Part shown: positions 1 to 10,436 of the stretch, piece after piece
How positions within the stretch are numbered: position 1 is the stretch's first letter
Layout of the letters: every line of letters begins with the position of its first letter
From: Candidatus Eiseniibacteriota bacterium
Lineage (GTDB): Bacteria > Eisenbacteria > RBG-16-71-46 > CAZEPH01
NCBI GenBank assembly: GCA_044229145.1
Contig: JBGATO010000004.1
Coordinates: 44,900-108,899 of the forward strand
Length of the DNA stretch: 64,000 nucleotides
Direction of reading: 5' to 3'
The notes under the pieces: generated by a model
What the model was told of the DNA's origin: nothing
Seen by the model: the letters and a program-made list of their open reading frames with translations, nothing else
Databases searched by the model: none
Translations under genes and position numbers: made by a program

Positions 1-1
1 C

Positions 2-2488
2 GCGGCGATAGGAAACGTCGCCCCACACACCACGATCTGCGACGTCCGCTTGCACGCGCACCCCGGTGGCGACACGCGGATGGATCGCGTCGTCGCGCCG
101 CGGCCGCAGGAAGTGCCAAGTGTAGGCGAGGCTCGCCAGTCCCTCGTCTCCGCGACGCGGGCGCGGGAGTGCCAGCGAATCTACGGTACCGCTGAAGCCA
201 GGGTGGCGCGTGTGCGCCGTGAGGCTCACCTCGAGAGACGACTGCGATTCCAGCGCCCCCCGGCCGCCAAACGGCAGCTCCACCGCGAAGCGTGGGCCAC
301 TCGCCTCGTCGTACAACAGATGTCCGTCGTAGAAGCGGACCGTCGAAACTGGGTTGCGCACGTCGGCCGAGAGCGACCACGAGCCTTGCCGGAAGGGATG
401 CGTGTACTCCATCCACGCTCCGACTTCGACGCCGTACGTGAGGTCGAGATAGCCGACCCCTTGAAGCTGGTGCACCGCGAGCGGGTCCGCGAAGCTCCAG
501 AGTGCGGCAGTCCCCCATGGATAGGGGAGGAAGGTGATGTATTCGCTGCGCATCCCGCGGATCGCCTGGTACGGCCGCGGCGTCACCGCCAGCACGGAGT
601 CAGGCCGTCCTGGCCCGGGAAAGACCGCCGGCATACGGGACACCCACGCCCCGGCAGACGAATACAGCGCCGATCCACGCGCACCGAACGCCGCCACCGT
701 GCGCGCAGGGTCGAGTAGCAGCAGGTGAGGCCGCCGTTCACTGCCGAGCGTCGTCGCCAGCACCCGTCCATCGCGGGGGACCACCCCGAAGGCGACGATG
801 CCCTCGCCGTCGTCGGTCAGTGCCACCGCACGGTCGGAGAATGACAACGGCGTGCCCGCATCGAGTCGCCGCCGCAGCTCGTCGAAGGCGATCGCGGTGC
901 GGAAGACGTTCGCGGTGCCCCCGCGATACGATGTGAAGTACAGCGTCTGCCCGTCGGCGGACCAAAACGGCGTGCGATCGAGCTCCACGTCGTCCGTGAT
1001 CTTCCAGTGTGCGCCGTCGGCGACCCGCACGACGACGATGTCGGCACCGCGCGTGTGGGTCGTGTCGGCCTCGTGCCCTTGCAGGAGGCTGCACGCGATC
1101 CACTGGCCATCCGGCGACCACGACGGGTGCGACACGACATCCTGGCCGCCGAGGTGCGTGAGACGCCGCGGGGCGCCACCCGCCATGTCGAGGAGTACGA
1201 TGTCCGCCGCCGAATCACCCTGCGCCACGCAGGCGAGAGTGCGGCCATCCGGCGACCAGTCCGGTTCCGACGCCCGCGCGCCCCAGGTCAGCCAGCGCCC
1301 ATGCCTCCCCACGGCGTCGCGCACATACAGATCGAACATCAGTGATCCGTGCGGTCCGCGGTGCATGCGCGACATCACCAACTGCCGCGCATCGGGCGAC
1401 CACGCAAACGTCCGGACGGCGCGACCCCGGGCCTTGTAATCACCCTGCGAGAACGCGTGCACCTCGCGCCAGCGCGGCCGTCGCTCGTCGGTGCGGCGCA
1501 CGAGCAGACTGGCGTCGCGCTGGTCGGCCTCGCGCACCCCGCTGAACGCCACCGCCGACGAGTCCGGCGCGAATGCCGCCCATGTCACCGCGCGTGGCAC
1601 ATCCGCGAGCCGCGGTCCGAGCGAATCCGCCGGCGGGCGCACCGCCGCGAAACCCCAGTAGTAGGTCCGCATCGCGCGCCGCCATGTCTCCGACCATTCG
1701 GCCTCACGTATGCCGACACTGGCGCGGAACGCATCGCTCCACCAATACAGGCCAAAGCGGCCACGGTGCCGCGCAAGCGCCACCAGCGCCGAGTCCCCCT
1801 TCTGCCACGCGAGATATTTGACCTTGGCGAAGCCCTCGTCGTGCGGGTCGAGGATGTCGAAGCGGTCGCGATAGACCGCGCCGCGCATCGCCCAATCACT
1901 GCGCGAGACGTCCCAGTATTCGGTGAAGTACTCGGCGACGCCCTCCATGTACCAGGCGGGCGCGCCGGTGGCGAGATACGAGATCAGGCCGCCACGACTG
2001 CGCATCGCGTCGAACGCGACGACGTGCTGGAATTCGTGCGCCACGACGCTGCGCAACCATCCGTGCGATCCGGCAAGGAACGCCGCGTAGTCATTCTGCC
2101 GCACCCAGACGTAGACGCGATCCCACGGCATCGTGAGGCCGTTGACGATGTCATCCTGACGGCTGAGCACCATCTCCGTCTTGCGGCGTGGGCGATGCGC
2201 AAAACTGGTGGTCACTGGCGTATAGACTTGCTCGCCGATCGCCGCGGCCTCGCGTGCCACGCCCTCGAGACCGTCGTGGTAGTACCAGACGAAATGCGGC
2301 GTTTCGAATCTCCACCAGTGCAGTTCGGGATGATGCCGGCCACCGATGTAGTCGAAGGGGTTGAGGGGCGACGGTTTGACCGCCTCGGCGCGCGCGACCG
2401 CCGTGTGGGCAATCAGCGACGCCCACAGCACCGCGCACACGGTTCGCACCGCGACACGCAACGATCTGGCCCTCGGTTCACCTCTCAC
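2..2488 (-). CDS. Secreted peptidase MA-like (gluzincin) / PD40 (TolB-like) repeat protein, probably with a C-terminal outer-membrane domain; 3'-partial
   Basis: Absent from the ORF track because it runs off the left edge. Hand translation from GTG at 2488 (GGGGAG RBS) gives a signal-like N-terminus, HPELHWWRFETPHF, HEFQH zinc motif, WYMEG, then WSPDG-type PD40 repeats. In-register antisense shadow ORFs support a single frame. Confidence 0.8.
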   Translation of the reverse strand, partial: MRGEPRARSLRVAVRTVCAVLWASLIAHTAVARAEAVKPSPLNPFDYIGGRHHPELHWWRFETPHFVWYYHDGLEGVAREAAAIGEQVYTPVTTSFAHRPRRKTEMVLSRQDDIVNGLTMPWDRVYVWVRQNDYAAFLAGSHGWLRSVVAHEFQHVVAFDAMRSRGGLISYLATGAPAWYMEGVAEYFTEYWDVSRSDWAMRGAVYRDRFDILDPHDEGFAKVKYLAWQKGDSALVALARHRGRFGLYWWSDAFRASVGIREAEWSETWRRAMRTYYWGFAAVRPPADSLGPRLADVPRAVTWAAFAPDSSAVAFSGVREADQRDASLLVRRTDERRPRWREVHAFSQGDYKARGRAVRTFAWSPDARQLVMSRMHRGPHGSLMFDLYVRDAVGRHGRWLTWGARASEPDWSPDGRTLACVAQGDSAADIVLLDMAGGAPRRLTHLGGQDVVSHPSWSPDGQWIACSLLQGHEADTTHTRGADIVVVRVADGAHWKITDDVELDRTPFWSADGQTLYFTSYRGGTANVFRTAIAFDELRRRLDAGTPLSFSDRAVALTDDGEGIVAFGVVPRDGRVLATTLGSERRPHLLLLDPARTVAAFGARGSALYSSAGAWVSRMPAVFPGPGRPDSVLAVTPRPYQAIRGMRSEYITFLPYPWGTAALWSFADPLAVHQLQGVGYLDLTYGVEVGAWMEYTHPFRQGSWSLSADVRNPVSTVRFYDGHLLYDEASGPRFAVELPFGGRGALESQSSLEVSLTAHTRHPGFSGTVDSLALPRPRRGDEGLASLAYTWHFLRPRRDDAIHPRVATGVRVQADVADRGVWGDVSYRR

Positions 2489-2548
2489 GCACACTCCCCC
2501 ATCATCGTCACGAGCAGCGGCACCACAGCAGGGTACGTGCCAGCGCGA

Positions 2549-5437
2549 TCACGTGCCATGGCTGTCGGGACAGATCGCCACGAACGCGCAGCGCCGGCAC
2601 ACCATATCGGCGGGCGTCGGCGCGAAGGCGCGGGCCGAGAGTCCCGCCACGGTCCGCGCGATCTCGTCCTCCGCCTTCGCCAGGCGTTCGGGCACCGGCG
2701 CGGTTTCGCCACGCATGCCGTTGCCGAGCATGTGCAGGACGAGACGATCGGGTGCCGCGCCTTCTTGCGCGCGCCACGCCAACGCCCCGAGCGTCAGCCG
2801 GCGATGCTCGCGCGCCCGTCGCACCGCATCCTCGGTGCCACGTGCGTCGCCGGACGAATACTCGTGCAGTTCGACCGCGCCGGATGATGTCACGTCGACG
2901 CGCGTCCAGGAACCGAGGACGCGCACACCCCCGAGGCGCACTGCGAACTGCCTTCCCACCGATGCCGGATGTGACGGCGCGGTGGCCTCCGCGTCGAGAA
3001 AACGATCCAGCGCCGCCTCGCCCTCGGCAAGTCGCAAGTCCTCGTGCTCGCGGGTCAGGAAGCCTTCGCTCGACCACGCGCCGCGCAGCACCGCGTGCAC
3101 CTGCGCGCGGTCGAGCGTCGCTCCGGAGACCTGCGTCGCGAGATACGTCCGCACCGCCTCGCGCAGCGCGTGGCCATACACGACGGCATGATGCCGCATC
3201 ACCGGCACGCGCAACTCGTGCACGTAGCGATAGCGCTGCGGACACGTCAGGTAATCGTCGATCTGCGCCAGCGTCAGCGACTCCACCGGCGTCTCGCGCG
3301 CCGTCGCCACCGGCGCCACCGCCGGGCGCGCGTGCCGTGCCAGCGCGGTCTCCGGCGCCGTCGCGCGCGTCGTCACCTGCGGCGAACGATCCAGCGCCTC
3401 GAAAATGAACTGACTCGGTTTGCGCGCGCGCTTGCCGCCGTAGTCGTCGGCCGAACTCAGCACCAGCCATTCCTTGGCGCGCGTCATGGCGACGTAGAAG
3501 AGTCGCCGCTCCTCGGCGAGATGCGCCTCGGGCGCCGGCGCGCCAGCCCGGACAAGTTCCGGCGGCAACTCGAGCAAGTCGCGCCGCGCGCGCGCCGGGA
3601 ATCGCCCTTGGACGAGCCCAACCAAGCACACCACGACGAATTCGAGGCCCTTCGCGCGGTGCACCGTGAGCACATGCACGGCGTCGATGTCGCGATCCGC
3701 CTCGGCGACCGGCGGATCGTCGCCGGCGTCCATCAGCGCGCGCAGATGCTGGTCGAAGAACGGCACCCGGTCGACGCGGGCGAGGGCGCCGAAGCGTCGC
3801 ACGTGCTCGAAGAAGCGCGCGAGGTTCTGCACCGCCTCCTCGTCGCCGGGCCGCTCGCGGCGCACCAGGCGCGGCAGCCAGCCGCTGGCGGTGAGGAACT
3901 CGTAGAGCACTTCACCGGTGGGCCGCGTCGCCGCGCGCGCGCGCAGGCGGTCGAGATCGGCGAAGAGCCGCGCCGCGCCGGCATCGCCGGTGGCGCGCAA
4001 GGCGTCGGCGAACGGCCGGTGCGCGCGCTCGGCATCGGCGATCGTCTCGCCGAGCACCTCCGGCGAGATGCCGTACGGCTCGCCCGCCGCCAGCGCGTAC
4101 AGGCTCTGTGCGTCGCGCGGATCGGCGATGCAGCGCACGAGGAACCGCAGCGTCGCGATCTCCGGCCGCGCGAAGAGCCCCTGGTTGCCGCTGAAGCGCC
4201 ACGGAATCTCGCGCATGTTGAGGGCGCGCAGGAACGGCTCGGCGTCGCGGTTGGCGCGCACCAAGATCGCCATGTCGCTCCACGGCACACCGTCGGCGTG
4301 GACGGCAGCCAGGCGCTCGGCCACCGCGTCGGCTTCGTCCCACACGCTGGCGCTGTGCGTCCACGTGACGGCCGGCGTGAAGCGCGCCCGCAACGAATGC
4401 GCCGCCGCCCTCGCGGTCAGCCGCTTGTCGATGCCGCGCCGCGCTTCCAGCCGATCCGGATCGTTGTGCACGATTGCCCGGCGCGCGTGGTCGAGGATCT
4501 CCTGCCGCGAGCGGAAGTTGTCGGTGAGCACCAAGGTGCGCGCCGCCGGCCAGCGCTCGAGGAACGCCAAGATGTTGCGCGACTCGGCGCCGCGGAAGGT
4601 GTAGATCGCCTGGTCGTCGTCGGCGACGACGGTGACGTGTCCGCCCTCGCCGGCCAGCAGGTCGATGACCGCGAACTGCGCGTGGTTGGTGTCTTGGAAT
4701 TCGTCGACCAAGATGTAGCGGAAGCGCGCGCGCAACTCATCGCGCACCGCGGCGTGCTCGCGCAGCAACCGCACCAGCAAGACGATCTGATCGCCGAAGT
4801 CGATCACGCCGCGCCGCGCGCACAGCGCCGCGTAGGCATCGTACAGGGCGGCGATTTCGCTCTGCTCGGCGGCGCGCGCGGCGAGCGCCTCGTCCTCCGG
4901 CGCCGCCGCGGCAGCCTCCCGCATCGCTGCCGCGGACGCCAGATACGCGGCCGGATCGACGTCTTCGTCCTTGGCGCGCGACAGCACGCCGGCCAGCGCA
5001 TCGAGGAAACGTGTCGGATCGCCGAGCGGCCGCAGCCGCGCGAACGGCAGCTCGAAGAGGTGCTCGCGCAACAACAGCACCTGTTCGCTGCGCGTCATCA
5101 CGCGGAAGTCGGGCGGCAGGCCGAGCCGCAATGCATGCTCGCGCAGGATGCGGTCGGCGAAGGCGTGGAAGGTGCTCACCCACACGTCGGCATAGCCGTA
5201 CGGCACCAACACGTCGATGCGCTCCGCCATTTCGGCGGCCGCCTTGTCGGTGAAGGTGAGGGCGAGGATCTCCTCGGGCCGCGCGCGTTTGGTGGCGATC
5301 AGCCACGCGATGCGCCGTGTGAGCACCGAGGTCTTGCCGGTGCCGGCGCCCGCCACCACGAGGAGCGCGCCGGCGTCGTGGGTGACCGCCTCGCGCTGGG
5401 CGTCGGTGAGTCCGGAGGTGAGAGCGTCGCGGTCCAC
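2549..5437 (-). CDS. UvrD/PcrA-family SF1 helicase with C-terminal PD-(D/E)XK-like domain (AdnA/AdnB/AddA-like architecture)
   Basis: AGAGTGKT, LALTFTDKAA, LVDEFQDTN, DDDQAIYTFRGA, TVHRAKGLEF, EERRLFYVAMTRA; C-terminal CP...CxxCx5C. Confidence 0.93.
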   Translation of the reverse strand: MDRDALTSGLTDAQREAVTHDAGALLVVAGAGTGKTSVLTRRIAWLIATKRARPEEILALTFTDKAAAEMAERIDVLVPYGYADVWVSTFHAFADRILREHALRLGLPPDFRVMTRSEQVLLLREHLFELPFARLRPLGDPTRFLDALAGVLSRAKDEDVDPAAYLASAAAMREAAAAAPEDEALAARAAEQSEIAALYDAYAALCARRGVIDFGDQIVLLVRLLREHAAVRDELRARFRYILVDEFQDTNHAQFAVIDLLAGEGGHVTVVADDDQAIYTFRGAESRNILAFLERWPAARTLVLTDNFRSRQEILDHARRAIVHNDPDRLEARRGIDKRLTARAAAHSLRARFTPAVTWTHSASVWDEADAVAERLAAVHADGVPWSDMAILVRANRDAEPFLRALNMREIPWRFSGNQGLFARPEIATLRFLVRCIADPRDAQSLYALAAGEPYGISPEVLGETIADAERAHRPFADALRATGDAGAARLFADLDRLRARAATRPTGEVLYEFLTASGWLPRLVRRERPGDEEAVQNLARFFEHVRRFGALARVDRVPFFDQHLRALMDAGDDPPVAEADRDIDAVHVLTVHRAKGLEFVVVCLVGLVQGRFPARARRDLLELPPELVRAGAPAPEAHLAEERRLFYVAMTRAKEWLVLSSADDYGGKRARKPSQFIFEALDRSPQVTTRATAPETALARHARPAVAPVATARETPVESLTLAQIDDYLTCPQRYRYVHELRVPVMRHHAVVYGHALREAVRTYLATQVSGATLDRAQVHAVLRGAWSSEGFLTREHEDLRLAEGEAALDRFLDAEATAPSHPASVGRQFAVRLGGVRVLGSWTRVDVTSSGAVELHEYSSGDARGTEDAVRRAREHRRLTLGALAWRAQEGAAPDRLVLHMLGNGMRGETAPVPERLAKAEDEIARTVAGLSARAFAPTPADMVCRRCAFVAICPDSHGT

Positions 5438-5483
5438 GGGCGGGATGGCGTCGCGGCGGCGCCCGGAGTCAGGCGCCGTGGCG

Positions 5484-6233
5484 TCAGCTCACGACGTGGG
5501 TATCGGTGAGACGCACGCCGGCCAACTCGGCGAAGCGCTGCGCCGCGTGCTGGGTGCGCGCCTCGGCCAGGCGCTCGGGCAACTCGCGTGGGATGTAGAG
5601 CACGGCGAGCAGCCGCGTGGTCTCCGGCCGCACCATGGTGCGCGTACCGTCGCTGAGCGGCGAGCCGAACGGGCCGAGTTCGTCGGCGAGCGTGAGTACA
5701 CCGTCGACGTCGAGCACGCGCCGCCCGATTGCCTCGAGCGTTTCGCCGGCGCGGCCGAATCGCGCCACCGCGTCGCCGACCAGACGGAACGCGTCATAGA
5801 TGCCGATCGGCAGGAGCAACTCGAGCGAGGCGAGGTTGTTGACGTCGACCAGCGTCGAAATGCGCGGCAGGCCGTCGCCCTTCAGCACGCGCCGCAGCAA
5901 GGCCTCGGACGACGCGCGGTCGCGTGTCGGATCGACACCGCACTCGTGCAACATGCGGCGCACCAGCGCGACGTCCGCCACCTCGTGCAGAGCCTGCACC
6001 CGGTCGTAGGCGTCGCGCGCGTCCTGCTCCGCGGCGGCCATCGCCTCGTCCAGCGTCTGCACCTCCGGCGCGGCGTCGGGCGCCACCACCTCGACGGCGA
6101 CCGCCTCGTGCGCCGCGGCGACCCACGCGCTCGCCTCCCCGCTGGGAGCGGCGGGTGCGGGCGGCGTGTACTCGCCGAGGACGACGCCCAGGCGCACGGC
6201 AGTGCGAAGCTGTGGATGAACGATGAGCTGCAT
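5484..6233 (-). CDS. B3/B4 domain protein (PheRS beta editing-domain-like)
   Basis: GVDPTRDRASSEALLRRVLKG, LPRISTLVDVNNLASLE, LADELGPFGSPLSD. Confidence 0.85.
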   Translation of the reverse strand: MQLIVHPQLRTAVRLGVVLGEYTPPAPAAPSGEASAWVAAAHEAVAVEVVAPDAAPEVQTLDEAMAAAEQDARDAYDRVQALHEVADVALVRRMLHECGVDPTRDRASSEALLRRVLKGDGLPRISTLVDVNNLASLELLLPIGIYDAFRLVGDAVARFGRAGETLEAIGRRVLDVDGVLTLADELGPFGSPLSDGTRTMVRPETTRLLAVLYIPRELPERLAEARTQHAAQRFAELAGVRLTDTHVVS

Positions 6234-6589
6234 GCGGATGGCGGTCTCGCGAGACGCAGACGGACGGCTGAGCCGGCCGAGTCAGACGCGGCCGAGGCCG
6301 CAGAGTAGCCAGTGCGTCACGCTCCTGCAAGCCCAGCCGGAGAGCGCGCTCAAGATTCTCCGGGCCGCCGTCGATGACACCCGCGGGGAGTCACATATCC
6401 GACTTGCGTCTCCCTCCGTAGTCGTCTAGCGTACCGTTGGCCGGTCGCACACTGCCCCAGATCTGGGCCGGCACACGAACCCCGTCCTCGACACCGTCCG
6501 TTCAGCGCTCTCCCCACAGTGTCTGCCGTCTCATCTCACGACTCGCGTGCGTCTCGGTGCCGAACGCGCGTTCCGTAGGAGTCTCGTTC

Positions 6590-9430
6590 GTGACAACAAG
6601 GCAGTTGCGCGTCGCGAGTCCACTGCCCCTCGCGACGCTTCTCGTCCTCGTTCTGGGGTGCATGCCCGCGCTGGCGCTGGCCGGCAGCTGGCTGCCGTCG
6701 ACCACGCTGAGCCCAACCGCCGCGGTGTCGATCGCCGGCGGCGGCAGCTTGGCGGTGGCCGCCAATGGCAATGCCTATGCGGTGTGGTCCGACAACACCA
6801 GCGGCACCTACCAGATCCGCTTCGCCTGCGACACCACCGGCGTGTGGTCGCCTGCCACCACCCTCACCACCGCGACGTGGGCCCACGCGATGCAGCCCAG
6901 CATCGCCGCGGATGCCAAGGGCCACGTGCACGTCACGTGGTGCGACGACCGCTACGGCAACTACGACATCTTCTACCGCGAGTGGACGCCGGCCGGCTGG
7001 AACCCCGAAGTCCGGCTCACCACCGGCGTCAAGCGCTCGATCGCTCCGTCGATCGCCGCCGACACCAGCGCGGTGACGCTGGTGTGGTGCGACGACCGCG
7101 ACGGCAACACCGAGATCTACAGCAAGCGTCGCGTCGGCAGTACGTGGGGCAGCGACACCCGCCTGACCAATGACCCCTACGAATCGCTCTCGCCCAGCCT
7201 GGCGGAGGGCAGCGACCGCGTCGTCCACTTGGTGTGGACCGATCGCCGCGCCGGCTACTTCGCCACCTACGCGAGCGACTACACGAACGGTGTCTGGGGG
7301 CCGGCCACGGTGATCTCGTCGCGCAGCGTGACCACGTTCGAGCCGCACGTCGCGATCTCCGCCGACAACACGCAGCACGTGGTGTGGAGCGACACCCGCA
7401 GCGGCATGCCGCAGCTCTACTACCGGTCGCGCACCGCCGGCGTGTGGTCGCTGACGACTGCCGTGCAACTGTCCGCCAACGCGGTCGACCACGCCTCGCT
7501 GGCCGGCGGCCCGTCGAACACGGCAGCGCTCGCGTGGACGGAGAACTTGACCGACGGCACCTCCGGCGCCTACGTCAGCACGCGGCAGGGCACTGCCTGG
7601 ACGTCGCCGGTGACCTTGGCGAGCGGTCTCAATGGCGCGGTGCAAACCCTTCCCGCCATCGGCCTCTCCTCGCTTGGCGACCAGATCGCCGTGTGGTCGA
7701 ACGGCAACAGCGACTACTTGCTCGACATCACCACGACTCGGCAACCGGCCGCCGCGCCCACCATCACGAGCGTGGCCCCGGACAGCGCGATGACCGGCGC
7801 CAACGTGCACCTGGTGCTCACCGGCACCAACTTCTTGGCGCCCGATTCGTTGTGGATCCTGACTTCGAGCGGCGTCGCGATCCCCGCCAACGCGACGACC
7901 TCGGCGAACTTCTCGGAAATCGAGGCCGACTTCGGCCTGCAGGGCGCGGCACTCGGAGCCGCCGGCGTGATCGTCCGCACCGCCGACGGCCGCCGCGACA
8001 CGCTCGCCGCGTCGTTCACGGTGCTGCCGGCGGGCGGCTGGAGCTTCGACACACCGCTCACCACGCCGGGCATCAACAGCGTGCTGAACGCCGGGACGCG
8101 TTCCTTGGCGATCACCGACACCGGCAACCTCGACGCGCTGTGGATCGACGAGCGCTCGCTCTTGCCGCAGGTGTACGCGACGGAATCGGCCGGCGACGTG
8201 TTCGGGCCGAGCGTGCAGGTGTCGACGACGACGACGTTCGCGCAGTTCGCGACCGTGTGCGCCGCGTCCGGCAACCGCATCGAGGCGGTGTGGCGCGATG
8301 GCGGGATCGGCAAGACCGACCTATGGTGGCGCGAGCGCGCCGGCGGTGTGTGGGGCGCCGAGACCAAGATCACCAATTACACTACGTCGGCCTCCAGTTA
8401 CCCGTCGCTGGCCAGCGATCTCAACGGCGACGTGCACTTGGTGTGGCGCCTCGATCTCGTCGGGAACCCCGAGATCTACTACAAGAAGCTGCACGCCGGC
8501 GTGTGGTCCGCCGACACGCGGCTCACCAACGCCACCGGCGTCTCGACGCAGCCGGTGATCGCCTGCGGCCCCGGCAACAAGCTCTACGTGGCGTGGGCCG
8601 ACACCCGCAACGGCAACTACGAGATCTATTTCAAGTCGTTCGACGGCACCGTATGGTCGAGCGACCAGCGCTTGACCGTCAACACCGCGACCACGTCACG
8701 CCCCTCGATCGCCGCTGGCACCGACGGCACCGTGCACCTGGTCTGGCAGGATCTCGTCGACGGCAACCTCGAGATCTATTACGCGAGCTACAAGAACGGC
8801 ACCTGGGCGGCCACCCAGCGGCTGACCAACGACGGCGCGACCTCGGAGACCCCGAGCGTCGCGGTGGATGGTCTGGCGCAGGTGCACGTGGTGTGGGAAG
8901 ACCAGCGTGACGGCACCTCGCAGATCTACTACACGCTGGGCGCCGGCGGCGTGTGGTCTCCCGCGTCCCGTGTCAGCGCCGGTTCGGTCGGCTCGTTGGC
9001 GCCGTGCATCGCGGTGACCGGCGGCGGCACCGTGCACACTCTGTGGTCGGACATGCGGGTGACCTCGGCGAACAGCGTCTACTACGCGCAAAAGCGGGTC
9101 ATCCCGGTGGGTATCGACGATCCCTTCGACGCGTTGCCGGCGGCGCGCCTGCCGTTCGCCGCCGAGGTGTGGCCGAATCCGGTCCGCGACGTGGCGCAGG
9201 TCCGGCTGCGCACCCCGGAGGCCGGCGAGGTCACGCTCCGCCTCTACGACGCGCAAGGACGTCAGCGCGGCCCCGCGCTGCGTCAGCCGTGCGCGGCCGG
9301 CGAAACCCTTCTGCGCTGGACTCCGGGCGATGCCGCCCTTCCTCGCGGCCGCTACTTCCTGCGCGCCGACGCCGCCTGGCTGCGCGGCGGTCACGCCCGC
9401 ACCACCACCGCGCTCCTGTACATCCGCTAG
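6590..9430 (+). CDS. Large secreted repeat (beta-propeller-like) protein with central Ig-like/IPT region and FlgD/T9SS-like C-terminal domain
   Basis: GTG at 6590 after AGGAG; signal peptide; many VHxVWxDxRxGNxEIYY repeats; PTITSVAPD linker; C-terminal WPNP...LYDAQGR...GRYFLR. Confidence 0.85.
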   Translation: MTTRQLRVASPLPLATLLVLVLGCMPALALAGSWLPSTTLSPTAAVSIAGGGSLAVAANGNAYAVWSDNTSGTYQIRFACDTTGVWSPATTLTTATWAHAMQPSIAADAKGHVHVTWCDDRYGNYDIFYREWTPAGWNPEVRLTTGVKRSIAPSIAADTSAVTLVWCDDRDGNTEIYSKRRVGSTWGSDTRLTNDPYESLSPSLAEGSDRVVHLVWTDRRAGYFATYASDYTNGVWGPATVISSRSVTTFEPHVAISADNTQHVVWSDTRSGMPQLYYRSRTAGVWSLTTAVQLSANAVDHASLAGGPSNTAALAWTENLTDGTSGAYVSTRQGTAWTSPVTLASGLNGAVQTLPAIGLSSLGDQIAVWSNGNSDYLLDITTTRQPAAAPTITSVAPDSAMTGANVHLVLTGTNFLAPDSLWILTSSGVAIPANATTSANFSEIEADFGLQGAALGAAGVIVRTADGRRDTLAASFTVLPAGGWSFDTPLTTPGINSVLNAGTRSLAITDTGNLDALWIDERSLLPQVYATESAGDVFGPSVQVSTTTTFAQFATVCAASGNRIEAVWRDGGIGKTDLWWRERAGGVWGAETKITNYTTSASSYPSLASDLNGDVHLVWRLDLVGNPEIYYKKLHAGVWSADTRLTNATGVSTQPVIACGPGNKLYVAWADTRNGNYEIYFKSFDGTVWSSDQRLTVNTATTSRPSIAAGTDGTVHLVWQDLVDGNLEIYYASYKNGTWAATQRLTNDGATSETPSVAVDGLAQVHVVWEDQRDGTSQIYYTLGAGGVWSPASRVSAGSVGSLAPCIAVTGGGTVHTLWSDMRVTSANSVYYAQKRVIPVGIDDPFDALPAARLPFAAEVWPNPVRDVAQVRLRTPEAGEVTLRLYDAQGRQRGPALRQPCAAGETLLRWTPGDAALPRGRYFLRADAAWLRGGHARTTTALLYIR

Positions 9431-9521
9431 CTCAGCCACACCCGCGCGAGATGGCCCCACCGCCGTCTCGCGCGCCGCTTTTCCCCACCGGCGCCCGGGA
9501 CCATCGCCTAGACTTCGAGAC

Positions 9522-10433
9522 ATGCAGCCTTCGCCCACCGCACCGTCGACGATGCGCTTCACCGTGCTCGACCTCGAGTTCACCGGCCTGTCGCCGCTCG
9601 AGGGCGACCGCGTCATCGAGATCGCCGGCCTGCGTGTCGAGGCCGGCACAGTGGTCGAGGAATTCCACAGCCTGGTCGACCCCGGACGCGCGGTGCCGGC
9701 GGAGACCTTGGAGTTGACCCAAATCGCCGCGGCGGAGGTGGCCGCGGCGCCGGCCTTCCCGCTCATCGCCCCCGCCCTGCTCGCGTTCCTCGGCGACGCG
9801 CCGATCGTCACCCACAATCTCGCCTACGACATCGCCGCCTTGCAGTGGGAGATGGCGGCGGCCGGGTTGTCGCTCTTGCGTCACGACGGCATCGACACGC
9901 TCGAACTCGCCCGCCGCGTATTCCCCGGCGAACGTAACAACCTGCGGAGTTTGCGCGAGCGGCTCGGCATCGACGCCACGCCGACGCACCGCGCGATGGA
10001 CGACGCCCGCGTCACCGCCCACGCATTCGTTCGATTGGTGGCGATGCTCGAGGAGCGCGGCGAGGTCCGGCGCTACCGCGATCTGCGGCCGACCGCATGC
10101 GCCGGGCTCTCTTTGGTGCCGCCGCAGGCCGACACCGCCGAGCGTGCCGTCGTCCACACCGCGCTGGTCGATGCGGTCACCCGCCGCCGCGTGCTGACGA
10201 TTCGCTACGCCGCGCCCGGCAAGCCGCCGGTCGAACGCGTCGTCGAGCCGTTCTGTCTCATCGGGCCGTATCTGCGCGCGTACTGCCGGCACAAGGCGCA
10301 GGAGTTGAACTTCGTGGTGTCGCGCATCCGTGCCGCGGCGGAGACCGGCGAGGCGGTGACGCGGCTCCCCGAGCCGCCGCGCGGTCCTGCGGTATTTTCG
10401 CCCGCCTTCAAGCACGTGCGCCAGCCGGCGTAG
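9522..10433 (+). CDS. DEDDh (DnaQ-like) 3'-5' exonuclease fused to a C-terminal WYL domain
   Basis: LDLEFTG, HNLAYD, HRAMDDA; C-terminal IRY...RVVEP...YLRAYC...FVVSRI. Start at ATG 9522 or 9552. Confidence 0.88.
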   Translation: MQPSPTAPSTMRFTVLDLEFTGLSPLEGDRVIEIAGLRVEAGTVVEEFHSLVDPGRAVPAETLELTQIAAAEVAAAPAFPLIAPALLAFLGDAPIVTHNLAYDIAALQWEMAAAGLSLLRHDGIDTLELARRVFPGERNNLRSLRERLGIDATPTHRAMDDARVTAHAFVRLVAMLEERGEVRRYRDLRPTACAGLSLVPPQADTAERAVVHTALVDAVTRRRVLTIRYAAPGKPPVERVVEPFCLIGPYLRAYCRHKAQELNFVVSRIRAAAETGEAVTRLPEPPRGPAVFSPAFKHVRQPA

Positions 10434-10436
10434 CGT

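Noticed and set aside
3044..5509. Long antisense or overlapping ORFs (e.g. 3044-5509 +, 30746-32869 -, 36798-39683 -, 51196-53463 -)
   Set aside because: They are shadow ORFs of real genes, expected at high GC, and carry no recognisable motifs.
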